From NCBI GenBank assembly GCA_013265495.1, contig MU058384.1:2357690-2421689 (forward strand): a stretch of DNA of 64,000 nt, given 5' to 3'. Numbering within the stretch: the first letter of the stretch is position 1; the number at the start of each line of letters is the position of its first letter. The translations under genes and the position numbers were made by a program. This DNA is from Vicugna vicugna. Its lineage: Eukaryota. Below the pieces are notes generated by a model. The model ran no database searches, was not told the origin of the DNA, and saw only the letters and a list, made by a program, of their open reading frames with translations. Shown here piece by piece: positions 12,901-24,892 of this stretch.

Positions 12901-15900
12901 AGGGGGAATCCCCTATTTCCTTCAAAGATGTGCTGTTTAAAATACCCATTCTTCATTGAGGCATGCGGAGTGTCTGGCTGAATGCTCTATATACATTTCC
13001 TAACTTAACCCTTCCACAAACCTGTTTGACTTTAGAGAGAAAAAAATTAGGCAGGTTAAATCTTTCTGTGTACCTCAAATTTGTACAATGTGTATAGCGT
13101 TGAGCCAGCAAAGGAGCCTCGGTCTGTCTGAATCCACAGCCACCCCATCCCTCACATCCACCCCACTGAAAAATGAATTCAACATCTCAGCTAAACACAG
13201 GAAAATACAGAAAAGGAATCAGGCCATCTCCTGGAACTTTTAAGATGGGATTTGGCAGGCATACTCCATTACTGAATTAAATGAACAATAACAGGTCAAA
13301 AATTTTTTGTGAATGGCAGTAAGAGGCACAGAGGTCCTGTTTGGTTTGGAAAGAAATTGGTCCAGGGTTAATGAAATAACAGGAGTAGAAATTAGATTCA
13401 TTTGGGTGGAAATCAGGAAGAAAAATCAGGTAATGGAAAGCAAGGCGAGCACTTTCAATAAAGGTCAGTGATATAATAAAGGTCACTCCTGAGAAAACAG
13501 TTAACCAGCCTAGATAGGAGCATCGAGAATGCCGTGAGTTTGAAACTAGACTAGGAGATGAGAAAGTCAAAGATCAATGCAGGAAAATTAAAAATAAGGG
13601 CAAGAGTGAAAGAGACCCACCTTCCCCCTAACAAAAATTGAAAATCAAGAGATGAAAGGGAAGAAATTAAGGAAATAAAGTTGTTTTCCACTGGGTAAGT
13701 CAAAGTGGAAGTTTAACATTAATACATGACTCATTTTTTCTTGTGTACATAAAGTAAAACCACGCAGTTCACAAATTGAAAAGTTGTGTATCATTTGCTA
13801 ACTCACATTCTCCTGCCTTCCTGATCGAGCACCCAACCACATCTTACTCATCCTGTGTCCTCAGTAGTTCCCAGTCCACCTGGTACACAATGGTCCTCAA
13901 TAAGTACCTGTGAACTCTATGCATTCCTTCATTTCCATTTGATGCAGGAAAATTAAGCTATTAAGGTCTTTATAAGAGGATATAAGGTACTGGAACAATG
14001 CTTCCCTAGCTCAGTAAAATAAACACTGTTTTGTTTTTACATCTGGAGTTGGAAAACTAAGAAATAGGGAATCTTATGTTAATGTAATTAAGTTACGTTA
14101 GATTTTTCACATTATTAGAAATGATGTCTATTACCCCTTGGCTTTTGATTGAAAATCTGTATATCTCTTCATTATCTTATTTTTAACCCAAGATGGTCTG
14201 TTGGAAAACCTAATAGAGACCTCCCTATTTAAGTGTAACTTTGTCAAATTGATAACAAGGCTCTGTGTTACACAAGAGAACGGTGTTTCGTTTTGTTGAT
14301 TTGGGGATGAAAGATGGCATGCATGCAGGGAGGTGTGTGTGCTGAACTGCTTTTTGCCTGCAGGTGTCTTCTGCTTATTGAATGGCTTCATGGAGGTTTC
14401 TCCTGCTTCTTGTTCTTTAATGGATTGTAATGTTCATTTCTGGGTCCTCCTAATGTGCAGCTGCTAAAGGAAGCAAGAAGGGCAATGTTAATATTAAAGT
14501 AGCATGAAAAAGGAACTCCGTTTACATAGGACCTGCTGGGATTGTGGCATATTAGGTGTCTGTGTTCTACTCAATATTTAGAGACCTTAACTTTTTTATT
14601 GCAAGGTAGGAATTCTATGTACTTGAAACTTTCCTTGAGAGGTTTTTCGTTTGTTTGTTTTGAGCTTAACTTATGCAGGGTAGGAATAATTTGCTCCTGC
14701 CGCTGCTTCTAAAAACTATTTTAAAGGGTTATCTCATTGAAGCTTTGGGAGCCCCTTGGTGGTCACCCACTGATCCACTCCAGGTGGGAAGTGGATGTGA
14801 ACTTAACAATGGACACAACTTCATTAACTCTTTGGAGCAGCTCTGCTAAATTAACTGCAGCAAACTTCTTGGGGTGTCCTTGTGTGGTGCTGCTGATTCT
14901 TTCAAGAACCTTGGATGTTTCGCCAGATGTATCACCCCTCTCTAATCTTAAACGTGAACAAATGAAACACTGTTTGACTTCTTCACCTGCTTTGAGGTAG
15001 GTCATGATAAGTTAGCAATCCCCTTAACCATCAAAATCCTTTTTTGACTTGTCCACACTTGGCAGGGTGCCCCACTCACCAAGACCTGGGGACAGGCTCT
15101 CCTTGTGCCCCATTTCTCCTATACCAGTGTCTGTTTCTTCTTCTGATATGCGGTGCTTAAAGACTACATGTATAATAAAGACTAAGTAAATATATTTTGG
15201 GAGTCTTGGTTTTAGCATAGTGAACACTCCTGGCTTTGACTTTCTCAGGTGACTTCCAAAGGTTCAAGACTTAATGAAATGTGTCCTGAATTAGGCTCGT
15301 GTGCTAGATGGGCTGGGGTAGGGGTGGGGCACGGACTCAGCTCATGTGAACCAGCAGATACCCAGCCGTAGCCCTCTGCACCTGAACAGGCTTTGGGGCG
15401 CACACTTTGTTCTAAGCACCTACTCCTCTCAAAGGAATACATTTTTGTTTCTTGTGAAAAAGGCCACCTGCGAATGCTATCGATTTGTCTGTAAACTTGG
15501 AGATTCATTAAAATCGTGCTCTGTAGCTCTTCCCTTATTAATGTCAATGTGCTCGGTTTATGGTCCACGCACTATCAGTTGTCTTCTGACTTCGTCTTCC
15601 TAGGAAGCACAACGGCGGTTTCGGCTCCAGCTGCTGCCCCTTGGGAGTCATGTTGGATTCTGTAGATTTGACTTTGGGCCCGTACATCTGTAGAGTTAAT
15701 AACTCCCTAGGTAATTCTGATGGACAGCTAAGGTTAAAACCCATTGGAATAGAGTAGAGCATGCACATCAAAGAGTTCAGGGAAAGGACACAGCTACTCC
15801 GAGTCATTCCGCAGGAACAGGTATAGGGGCTGTTTCTGCTGAGAGCCAGGGAGCAATTTCTGAAGCCCAGGGGAATTGGCAGCCCTGGTGGCCACGAGAA

Positions 15901-18163
15901 GTTCAGCTCTCGGTGCTTGAGCTCTGTTAGGGCTCCTCCTCCCGATTCCCATTTGACTGAATAGAGACTCTCATCTTACCCTGAAATGGTTGTGAATGGG
16001 AGTCTAACTATTCTCTCTGCTACTAAAGAACAAGTATACATAGTGCTTTTAGAAAAGCCATTTCTTCACTCTGCTGCCTGGAAGCAAAGGACCAGGGTAG
16101 TGTGTTTCTCATATTTTATTCCCAGCCTCCCCCTTCCAGATAATAAATGTGATCAAATAAACTGAAATCCTCTCTCACCCCCTCCTTGGAAATTTACAGC
16201 ATTCATTAGCATATCAAAGGCTGGGAAAGTCCTGTGGTTGACGGAACAAAAAAAATCTTTTTAAAAGTTTGTTTAATCAAACATATTTGCATAGGAAGAG
16301 ACTTTTTGCTCCTGTACCTACAACTGAGCATTTTTTCCTTAATACCAGTTTGGGGAGGACTGGCCAAGTCACTTTTTGATTCAGTAATTTTCTGAGGGTT
16401 AATTTCTGACAGCTGAACCTCTTTTTAAGATTTCCCCTTTGAAGTTGGACTGAATTAAGAAATGGAAGGCTTGGCAAAGCAGTTTACTAATTCATAACTA
16501 TATCCCTCCTCTTTCTTTGTGTTGCTAAGTACTATAATCTTTGACCTGAAAGGGAGAATACTGCTAACAAGTAAATACTTAAAAGGCCCCATGAAGTATA
16601 ATGTGTATAATGTGCGTGAGTTTGTGCCTGGGGAGCGCGTCTGCTGGATGAAAGCTGTGACTCACTTTTCATCTCCTAAAAAGGCTGTTGTTTTACAGTA
16701 GGTTAAAAGGAAGTATTTTAAGTGCTAAGAGTTACATTTCTTTTTATTTTTAGGTTTAGTTAGCCATTGGCTCCACTGATTTGTAGGTGGCGTGGAAGTC
16801 ATAATTCCTAAGTGTGCTGGTCTTCTGTTCTGTGAGTGAGCATCATTGTGAATGAATGACCTCTGTGCTAACAAAGACGACTTGGAACAGCAGGAGGAAA
16901 CGGAAGCATGACTCATTGATGGACTTGAAGAGTATCAAGGGGGACTCACTGATTTCAGAGCCAGACCTGAAGGGCGGTGAAGCAGGCAGACCGCGGGTGG
17001 GGCGAGGAGACCAGGGTTCCAGTCCCGGCCTTGCCGTTGACTGCCTCGGGGACAGTGGCTGAATCACCAGACCTCTCTACCTTCTTTCTGTGCATAATGG
17101 GAAGTGTGAATTGTTTACTCCTGGGATAACTTCCAGCTTCAAGGCTTAACGAGTCCTTGAATTCTAATGATTTTTTTTTGGTTTGTGTGGATGTGGGTGT
17201 GTGTGTTTTAATGGCCTTCAGATGGGATTCATCAAGGCCCCATGAAACAAACCTCTATTTTTGAACTCTTAAATGAATTGCTGTGACAGAGTATGGCTAG
17301 GGGAGGCCATGACAGTAAATTAGGAAGCAAGTAAACTTTGATTCTTAAGACTGTGGGCAACTGATTTCCTGTGGCTGCAGCATTTGGTACCTAGAATGAT
17401 GTGTGTGTGATACCACCAGAGAAAGGTTCGTTATTGTCTATAGGCAGAAATTTTGCTCTATCAGAGTTTCTTTTCAAAAGATATAAAATAGCTCCTAGCT
17501 ACCGTGTTCAGTATGCCTCACTATGTTTTAAAAAAATGTTGAGATCAGACGACTGAAATATATTCACAGACATTTAGCATTAAGAACAGCAACGTGCGTA
17601 CCTGACACCTCCCAATTTTTAGCTCTTGCTACATAGTTTTTGCAGTCACTACTGTATGAAAACAGCCTTGTGTTCTACAGTGTTCACTTAATGATTTTCT
17701 TTCATGCAGACTAGATTGACAGGTATGTTGAAATGTCAGTGTATGCCTGTTAGAAACTACCTATGTGTTCTTTACAGATGATAATCTGGGTTATTTAATG
17801 TTTTAGGGGAATAGCACAATATTCTTGAGGGTCACGAGTAATTCTCTCTCATTATGACTGTGAGAATGCATTAATTGTCATGAAATAATTGTATTTAAGA
17901 AAACCCAAGTATTTTCAAGTGGTAGCTTTCAAAGTTAAATCATATTTGAAAGTTTCTATAATTTTATCCCTTTTTTCTGCAGCTGAAGCCACTGTGTAGT
18001 TTTTACTATCAGTTATTTTTGTTTTGTTTTTCATAAACTGGTACCAATAGTCTCTCTTTTTTTTTTTCTGATTATATTTGCAAATTCTCAAAAAGAGGCC
18101 TGACAGTGATGATTTCCCTATAGGGATTGAGGGCCTCCCACAGTGCTGCAGGCTTGACTCATA

Positions 18164-18182
18164 ACACCACTAGGTGGCAGCA
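18164..18182 (+). promoter_or_regulatory. CTCF motif (copy 1)
   Basis: ACACCACTAGGTGGCAGCA matches the core CCASYAGRKGGCRS. An AP-1 site TGACTCA lies at 18155-18161. Confidence 0.7.
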
Positions 18183-18447
18183 GTATTGCTCTTGTTTGTT
18201 TTCTGTAGGGAAATGGGGTTCAGAGAGGCTCTCCCAAGGTCAAATTGTCGATAAATATATGTTGAAATCAGGATTGGAATCCAGCTCTACCTGATTCATA
18301 TATTGGTGCTGCCCCTTCTACTGGTACCAATAGTCTCTCTTTTTTTTTTTTCTGATTATATTTGCAAATTCTCAAAAAGAGGCCTGACAGTGATGATTTC
18401 CCTATAGGGATTGAGGGCCTCCCACAGTGCTGCAGGCTTGACTCATA

Positions 18448-18466
18448 ACACCACTAGGTGGCAGCA
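18448..18466 (+). promoter_or_regulatory. CTCF motif (copy 2, from the duplication)
   Basis: Identical ACACCACTAGGTGGCAGCA; TGACTCA at 18439-18445. Confidence 0.65.
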
Positions 18467-18679
18467 GTATTGCTCTTGTTTGTTTTCTGTAGGGAAATGG
18501 GGTTCAGAGAGGCTCTCCCAAGGTCAAATTGTCGATAAATATATGTTGAAATCAGGATTGGAATCCAGCTCTACCTGATTCATATATTGGTGCTGCCCCT
18601 TCTCCGTGCCGCAGCAGCTTGCCTTGGGCTGTCCGGGAGGAAGGGGAGGGAAGTGATTAACATCTTCCTTCTTACATGA

Positions 18680-19700
18680 TCCGTTCAGTAAATTTTTACT
18701 GAACACCCACAGAGTTAAAATTTTTCTTCTCAAGGAACTGCCCATCATCGGTGGGCGGAGAGGGACAACGTGAGTGATAAGACATCGGTTACCTGAGGCA
18801 AACGCAGGAATCCCATATGACCAGCTTCAGGAGGCCATGCATGTTCTTGGACGCTATGTCATAAGCAGACAGCCACTTTGGAGGGTCGGAAATGATGCTA
18901 CCGAGGAAGGGGCACTGAGGTGAGTCTAGAAGGAGGTGAGCTGGACTCTGTCGTGATAGTTTAAATCGAAGGCCGAGAAGCTGGTTTCGATGAGCAGCGT
19001 TGGACAAGGTCAGGGCTGTGGCTCGAGGCTGACGCGGCAGGATGCAGAGGCCAGAAAGGAATGCATGCATGGATCAAGCCCAGCTGGATGCTGCTAGACT
19101 TTTCCTGAGGGGCAGAAGGAAGAAAGGTCGAGGGACTCTTGACCGTTGTTTTATTTAAAGAGAGGTTATTATGAGTTGAGGGGTGAAGATGAGAGTAGGG
19201 CTTAAAGGAAAACCTAGTGGTTTGGAACGGTCCGGCAGCGTGCAGAATAAGAACGGAAAGAAATACTGTAGAAAGGGGCCAGAGCGGCCCAGTAGAGTTT
19301 GGCTATCCGGCTTGTGGTCAGGCTGTTTTCTCCGTTTACGAGGTGTTAGGGACTAGCAGGACTAGAGTGAGTGCCAAGGTGCAGGGGGCCGAGGAAGAGG
19401 GAGGGCTGAGGAAGGGGAGCCGGACTGTCCCGACTCCAGACAGAATGACGTGCTGGGGAGCAGAGCGCCTGGGGTGGAGGCGTTTCGTTGTTTGAAGTAG
19501 TGGGGAAGGGAGGAGCCTCCAGAAAGAGGGACTGCAAATGCGAAGTAGGAGCAAATTCATTTATGTTGCAGATGGAGATCAGGAGGCAGAAGTGAAGCGG
19601 GAGAGGGAAGATGGGGTAAATAAGGTTTTGGGGTGAAAAGGAGCGTCAGGGAGGTCCAGGTGGGGCAGCCTGGCAGGCCTCCAAGCTGAAGGGCAGGCTG
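18680..19700 (-). mobile_element. Degenerate antisense L2-like element, unusually CpG-rich
   Basis: Begins TTCAGTAAATTTTTACTGAACACC (antisense L2 tail), followed by a G/A-rich body resembling antisense L2. Confidence 0.45.
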
Positions 19701-19791
19701 ACTGGGCAGCCGTGGGGACTACCCTGTGCTGAACAATGAGAGGTTGCTGCTTACCCTGACCTGCACCTGCCCTGGTAGGTAGTACACAGCC

Positions 19792-19943
19792 AGTGGTCCC
19801 CAGCCTTGTCTGATAAGCCCCCCAGGGGCTTCGCTGGCCCTTTCCCCAGAGAGCCTATGTGGCTGGGGTGGGGCCCCAGGGTGTGTATTTTAATAAGCAC
19901 CCCCTAAGTCATGCCAATGATCAGGCCAGTTTGGGAAATACTG
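19792..19943. mobile_element. MER5-like hAT MITE
   Basis: CAGTGGTCCCCAG...TGTGTATTTTAATAAGCACCCC...CAGTTTGGGAAATACTG. Confidence 0.7.
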
Positions 19944-20246
19944 ATAACGGATACCAGTGTGTCCCTAAGAGTGGACACCACCCTCTGAAATATTTTTGAT
20001 TTGGCTCCTCACCCATCTGGCCTTTGTAAGTACAAAAGACACTCTGAATGTTAACCTGTCAAGTCAGTGAAGTGAGTGGATACTTGACTGTATTTTATAA
20101 GATACCCCCAGGTTTTTAGCTTTATGCAAGGTTCTTTGCTGGTTCCCAACCCCCTCCTGGCCAGTGTTTGAATACTGCAAACACTTCACCTCTGAATCCT
20201 CCCAAGCCTCTCCTGCCTGGGGCTTTATGGAAGATAGATTGTTCTG

Positions 20247-20265
20247 TTCTGCCACCTGCTGGTCA
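20247..20265 (-). promoter_or_regulatory. CTCF motif, reverse orientation
   Basis: Reverse complement TGACCAGCAGGTGGCAGAA matches the CTCF core. Confidence 0.6.
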
Positions 20266-23104
20266 CCCACAGGCAAACCGTGTCGTGTTTTGATGATGGC
20301 TCCAACCTCAGGATTTCAGATGTGATTTTTCAATGGAGCATAGAGAAGGCAAAAAGCCTTGTTTCTAATAAAGCCATCTGCTCAGAGTTAAACCTTTTAC
20401 ACTTAATGTTGCAAACCTGACAAAGTTAATTTCCTCTTCTCTTCGAAGCCTTTTTTCCAGCCCAGATGTTAAAATACTAATAACAACAGCCCATTTTAAG
20501 AGATCAGTTAGCTGTGTTAATCACAGAAAGAATTTTTTTTTGATACCTCATGTCTGTTCTACAGACAGATGACTCTGGCCATTCAGAACTGTGGTGAAGA
20601 CAGATGGGATTCAGGCACCAGAGTATTGGAGAAGCGTGCCCTGGGAACATTGCTTTCCTCTCTTAGGATCAGTTTATTTTCAGTGTAGTTACATCTGTGT
20701 CTTCGTCATCACCATTATTTTCAACTGTGCCTGGCTCTGGGCCCCAACTTCTCCAATGACCTGACAGTTTCTAAAAATTTTATGGCATGTCTGTTAGGGG
20801 CTTGGTGTGTCAGTTGTCAACTACTTAGATGTAATTCCTGTAGCCATGGAGTTGGTGTCCCAGGATCACTCAAAATCCCTCTGATTCTTTGTTTCTTCAT
20901 CTATAAGGTGAAAGTGGATGGTGTGATAATCTCTAAGGTCTCCGTTAGTCCCAAGCTCCTGTAACTCAAACAGTCAGCGTGAGTGTATGACTTAGTTTTC
21001 CTAGTGACTGTGAAAGGCAGTGTCTGTTCTTGGTCCTTCAGTTGGGTTCCCGTCCCCCAGGCTCAGACCCTGTTGACTCCAGTGTTTCCTAGGAGCTTCT
21101 GGGGAGCTAAGTTATGCTTTGCATCTGATGCTCCTCTAAACATTTAAAAGAGTTAGGACTGGGCAAATGGCAGTCTCCTTTGTTTTATTTTTCCTTTAAA
21201 TGTTATCAGTTGAAACACAGAGCTAGCATTTAACTTAGCTCTATCTGTAAACAAAATGTAAACTTTCTCAAAGATCGGTAGTTCTGCACTGAGGGTAGGG
21301 GCCGTAACTTACACGGACCAAATGCCTGATTGCCTAGCACTGCTCAGGGAGACACAGGCTGGGTCAGGCCCAGCTGCAGCTGTAATAGTGCCTTGATTCT
21401 CAGCCATGGGTGAACATCAGAGTCATCTTTTATAAAGGATTCTCATTCAGTAGGTCACGTGTTGATTGGGTTTTGGGTTTTTTGTTTGGCATTTAGGTTT
21501 TTAAAAAGCTCATACAGTTTCAATTGGGCCTGATCCTTCTCGTGTCTCTCTGAGCAGTGCAAGGCCGTCAGACGTGGGGACTTACAGTGTCCCAGGCACT
21601 GTGCTCAGCTCTGGACCCTGGTCACCCGTGAGTGCTTAGTGATCATCCCCTCTGTCCTCATCCCTGTCTCCCACCTTACTAGGCTGGTGACAAAACCTTT
21701 GATTAGGCTACTGATTCCTTAATTATACGTCAGTATGAGGCTGTCCCTCAGGTCAGTTAGATTTTGAATTTTCCTCAGGCATCATTGCAATCTCATTTTG
21801 TAGAGGGTGTCTCCTCTGGAAATGGCTGAGCATCTGCTTATGTACTAATTCTTAAGTGACTTAGGTAATTCTTAAATGATGTCACTTCCTTAAGTGACAC
21901 CATTTGACCTGACCTCAGATAACAGGCTAAAGCCAACTATGATTTCTTATGGGCTGAATAAGCACTATTGTACTATGTGATAAATTAAAGGTTATATGGC
22001 ACCATTAACTTTTTTTTCTAATTTTGGATTGTAACTACTTTAAGTTAAGCATTTTCTTATCAACTATAACCAATAATGTGTATTTTATGGGACTATGCAG
22101 TGACTGGTACTTTTCTTCTACATTCATTTCTGCCCCCTCCCCCCACCCAGAATATTATCAGCAAAGTAAACTTTAGAAAATGCTGAAACACACTTTGTGT
22201 GTGTGATGATGAAATGTGGAGGTTTGTTTTTTGGCTCTTTTACGTACCTGTCATTGCTTACGAGGTAAGGCAGCTACATCTGGCTATTTGTGTAGCAATT
22301 CCTTTTAACCTGTCAGGATCTCACACTTTTCTTCGAACCATTCTTTGCCTCACATCATTTGGGAAGAGGCATGGGCCTAACAGCCATGAAAATGACACAA
22401 GTGCAGTTCCTTGAGAAGTTTGTCTTTATAGGTAAGCCTTGCGTGCTTGGTTCTTTTAATTTGCTGGCGTTGAGTGAACCACGTCCCTGGTGGGAGTCTA
22501 ACCCTCTGTGGCAGCTCCCCGTCCCCTTCCTACACACGCAGCCGCAGCTTAATCCTCTGCTTCTGGCCTTCCCCGACGTCTCTGCTTGTCCACCAGCCAC
22601 CCCTACTTCAAGTCCTGATCAGCGGTCACCTCTGTACGGTCCTGCTGATGAAAATAACCTCCCAATTATCGAGTGCTAACAATGTCACTTAGTTTTCAGG
22701 GTCCCTGGTGTCTTTGTCTCACAGAAGGTTGAGCACAGGAGTGAGAGAGACCTGAGGGTGTTGCTCACTTGGGGGCCTGTGGGGGCAGCCCTGTGGTGGC
22801 TGTCCCTGTGTTTCAGGGAGACGGCAGAGCGGCTGGGCTGGGAGGAGGGAAATTAGCAGGCGGAATCTCTGTACCTAATGCCTTCATTTGTGCTCGCCAG
22901 TCTCCATCAACCCACTCCAGTCCGCCATCGGTGGCAAGGGTCTAGTGTTTACTTTGTGGAAGTACTTCATCCTTCTTTGAAGTTCTTTTTGATAGTGTTA
23001 TCTGGAGAAGCATATTACAGACAAAACTCTCCTGATTTAACACATTCATTTTGACTCTGGGGAGTAAGTGTTTCAACGCAAACACTTTTCCTCTTTTGTC
23101 TGAA

Positions 23105-23250
23105 ATCTCCCTCTGCCTCTCTTCCTCAAAGATCATTTATAAGGTGTATTTAGGGCCCACCCAGATAATCCAAGATAATCTCCTGTCTCCAAGTCTGTGA
23201 TCATATCTGCATTCCCTTTTTCCATATCAGGTAAGATTTGCAGATTCCCC
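23105..23250 (-). mobile_element. MLT1 LTR fragment
   Basis: TTTAGGGCCCACCCAGATAATCCAAGATAATCTCC, a MLT1 antisense motif. Confidence 0.7.
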
Positions 23251-23324
23251 CAATCCCGTTACTAATACTAAAAAAGTTAGTGCTTATAGGGCTGTTAGTT
23301 TTCAGTGAAGTTGTTGGCTAAATA

Positions 23325-23510
23325 CAGTGGTGTACCAGAGCCAGCATCTGCTTGGCTGTGAGAGGTAATTCTTAAAAGTTTTAGGATTTGAGAAGGCTGG
23401 TTGTGAAATTGGCCATCGTGGGAGGCTTTACACCATGGAAATGCTATAGATCAGGGCTTCCCGCACTCCCCACCCCCACCCCAGAGAGCTGGTTTAGCAA
23501 GACACCACTG
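23325..23510. mobile_element. MER63-like hAT MITE
   Basis: Perfect 9-bp TIRs CAGTGGTGT...ACACCACTG, with internal GAGCCAG/GAGAGCTGG motifs. Confidence 0.75.
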
Positions 23511-24744
23511 ACCACATTCCCCTGACCTCTAGGAAACTCATCTCAGGGTATTTCTCACCCTAAAGAACCCTCTCCGACCCACAGAGGATTGACTCAAGGC
23601 CCTTATTCTTTTATTTCTTTTTTTGCATTATGTTAAAAGTAGCTGTGTGCATAGGGCAGGGCTGTATGTTTTTTGCTTTAGAATCAGTCAACTGGGCTGA
23701 TTTCTTGGCAAAGGATCAATAAATATTTTAACTGTTTCCTTTATCTGGGCTCTTTCCCATCCCCGGGGAGAACTCAAAAAACTAATGTCAGGGGAATTAT
23801 AATAATCCTAAAAAATATATATATTTTTGCATTTCTGTCTCTTCCCTTATTTGGAGATGTACTTGAATTTGGGTACTGGGTATCACCAATTAATGAGTTT
23901 TAAGTATTTTATACCCAATTCTGTTTACTCATATCGTTAAAAGGGAGATTGTCTGGTTCAATGGAATCACTGCTGGTATCGGTAATATTTAACACGTTTA
24001 GCGTGGAATGGTAGTGTAATAAAGGTAGCTCGGGTGATAAAATGTCTGTTAAAAAAACAAATGTATTCAGTGTGCTCTATAGAGCCATAGTGAATATACT
24101 TTTAAAGATAGAGCCAAGTAGAATGAACATTTTAGAAGGTCAGTTAAGGTTGACTGAAAAAGTCTTTGTCTTAAACATGTACCAGACAAAACTGATGTAA
24201 AAAATATTTCCACTGCCACAGAGAAACTAAATTCACGTGCGGAGCCCAGGAGGTCCCGGCCCGTCTGTGTGGGTTAGCAGGCAGGTTGTGGGCTGCTCTT
24301 CTGGTTCTGGCCCCTTGTTGATCGCCCCAGGTTCTGGGCTGGGCCGCTGGACTCTGGAGTTTTGGTGGATGGGAGCATTGCAGATGTCCTAACAAGTTAA
24401 GGAAAGCATACAGCTGAGCGGTTAACGCCCCTCTTTCTTCTCAGCATGAAGCAGTATGACTGTGAATAATGGAAATTTGCTATTAACCTTTAAATTCAGA
24501 TTATACATATTTTGTCAGTTTACAAATTTTACTTTTGCTTTTTGGAAGTTAGTGATAAAAGAATGATTGTTACAAAGGTCTAGTCATCTCTAGATGCTAA
24601 GATCAAAAGAAAGAGATAACACAGAAATGAATAGATGGCTCTGTTGTTCACTCTTTTGCCCAACATGGGTTAACGCTGGCTGCCTGTTAGGTAAGAGGCA
24701 TGGAGGCAAAAAGATGCCCTCAGAGAGCATTATAGTCTAGTATC

Positions 24745-24892
24745 GTGCTAACTCAAAGGTGGTCCAGGACCCTACCTGAACGATTTTAGGGGTTGGGAAT
24801 TTGAGGTCCTACTCCAGACTTTGAGTCAGACTCCACATGTTAATAAGATTTCCTATGATTTATGTGTACAACAAAGTTTGTGAAGAACTGGT
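24745..24892. mobile_element. MER5A1-like hAT MITE
   Basis: CTCAAAGGTGGTCC...TTAATAAGATTTCC..TGATTTATGTGTACAACAAAGTTTGTGAAGAACTG. Confidence 0.6.

Larger units (their letters stand above)
18037..18603. repeat. Near-perfect tandem duplication (283 bp + 284 bp)
   Basis: Copy 1 (18037-18319) and copy 2 (18320-18603) both run ACTGGTACCAATAG...GCTGCCCCTTCT. The only difference I see is T11 vs T12 in a poly-T run. Confidence 0.97.

Noticed and set aside
18037..18603. CRISPR-like or other repeat-spacer system
   Set aside because: A simple two-copy duplication with no spacers in mammalian DNA. No prokaryotic gene, operon or array features appear anywhere in the window.
22206..22270. ATG-initiated exons ending at GAG|GTAAGG (22264)
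   Set aside because: The available ATGs give phase 0 or phase 2, incompatible with the phase-1 shared exon. It could only be a non-coding donor.
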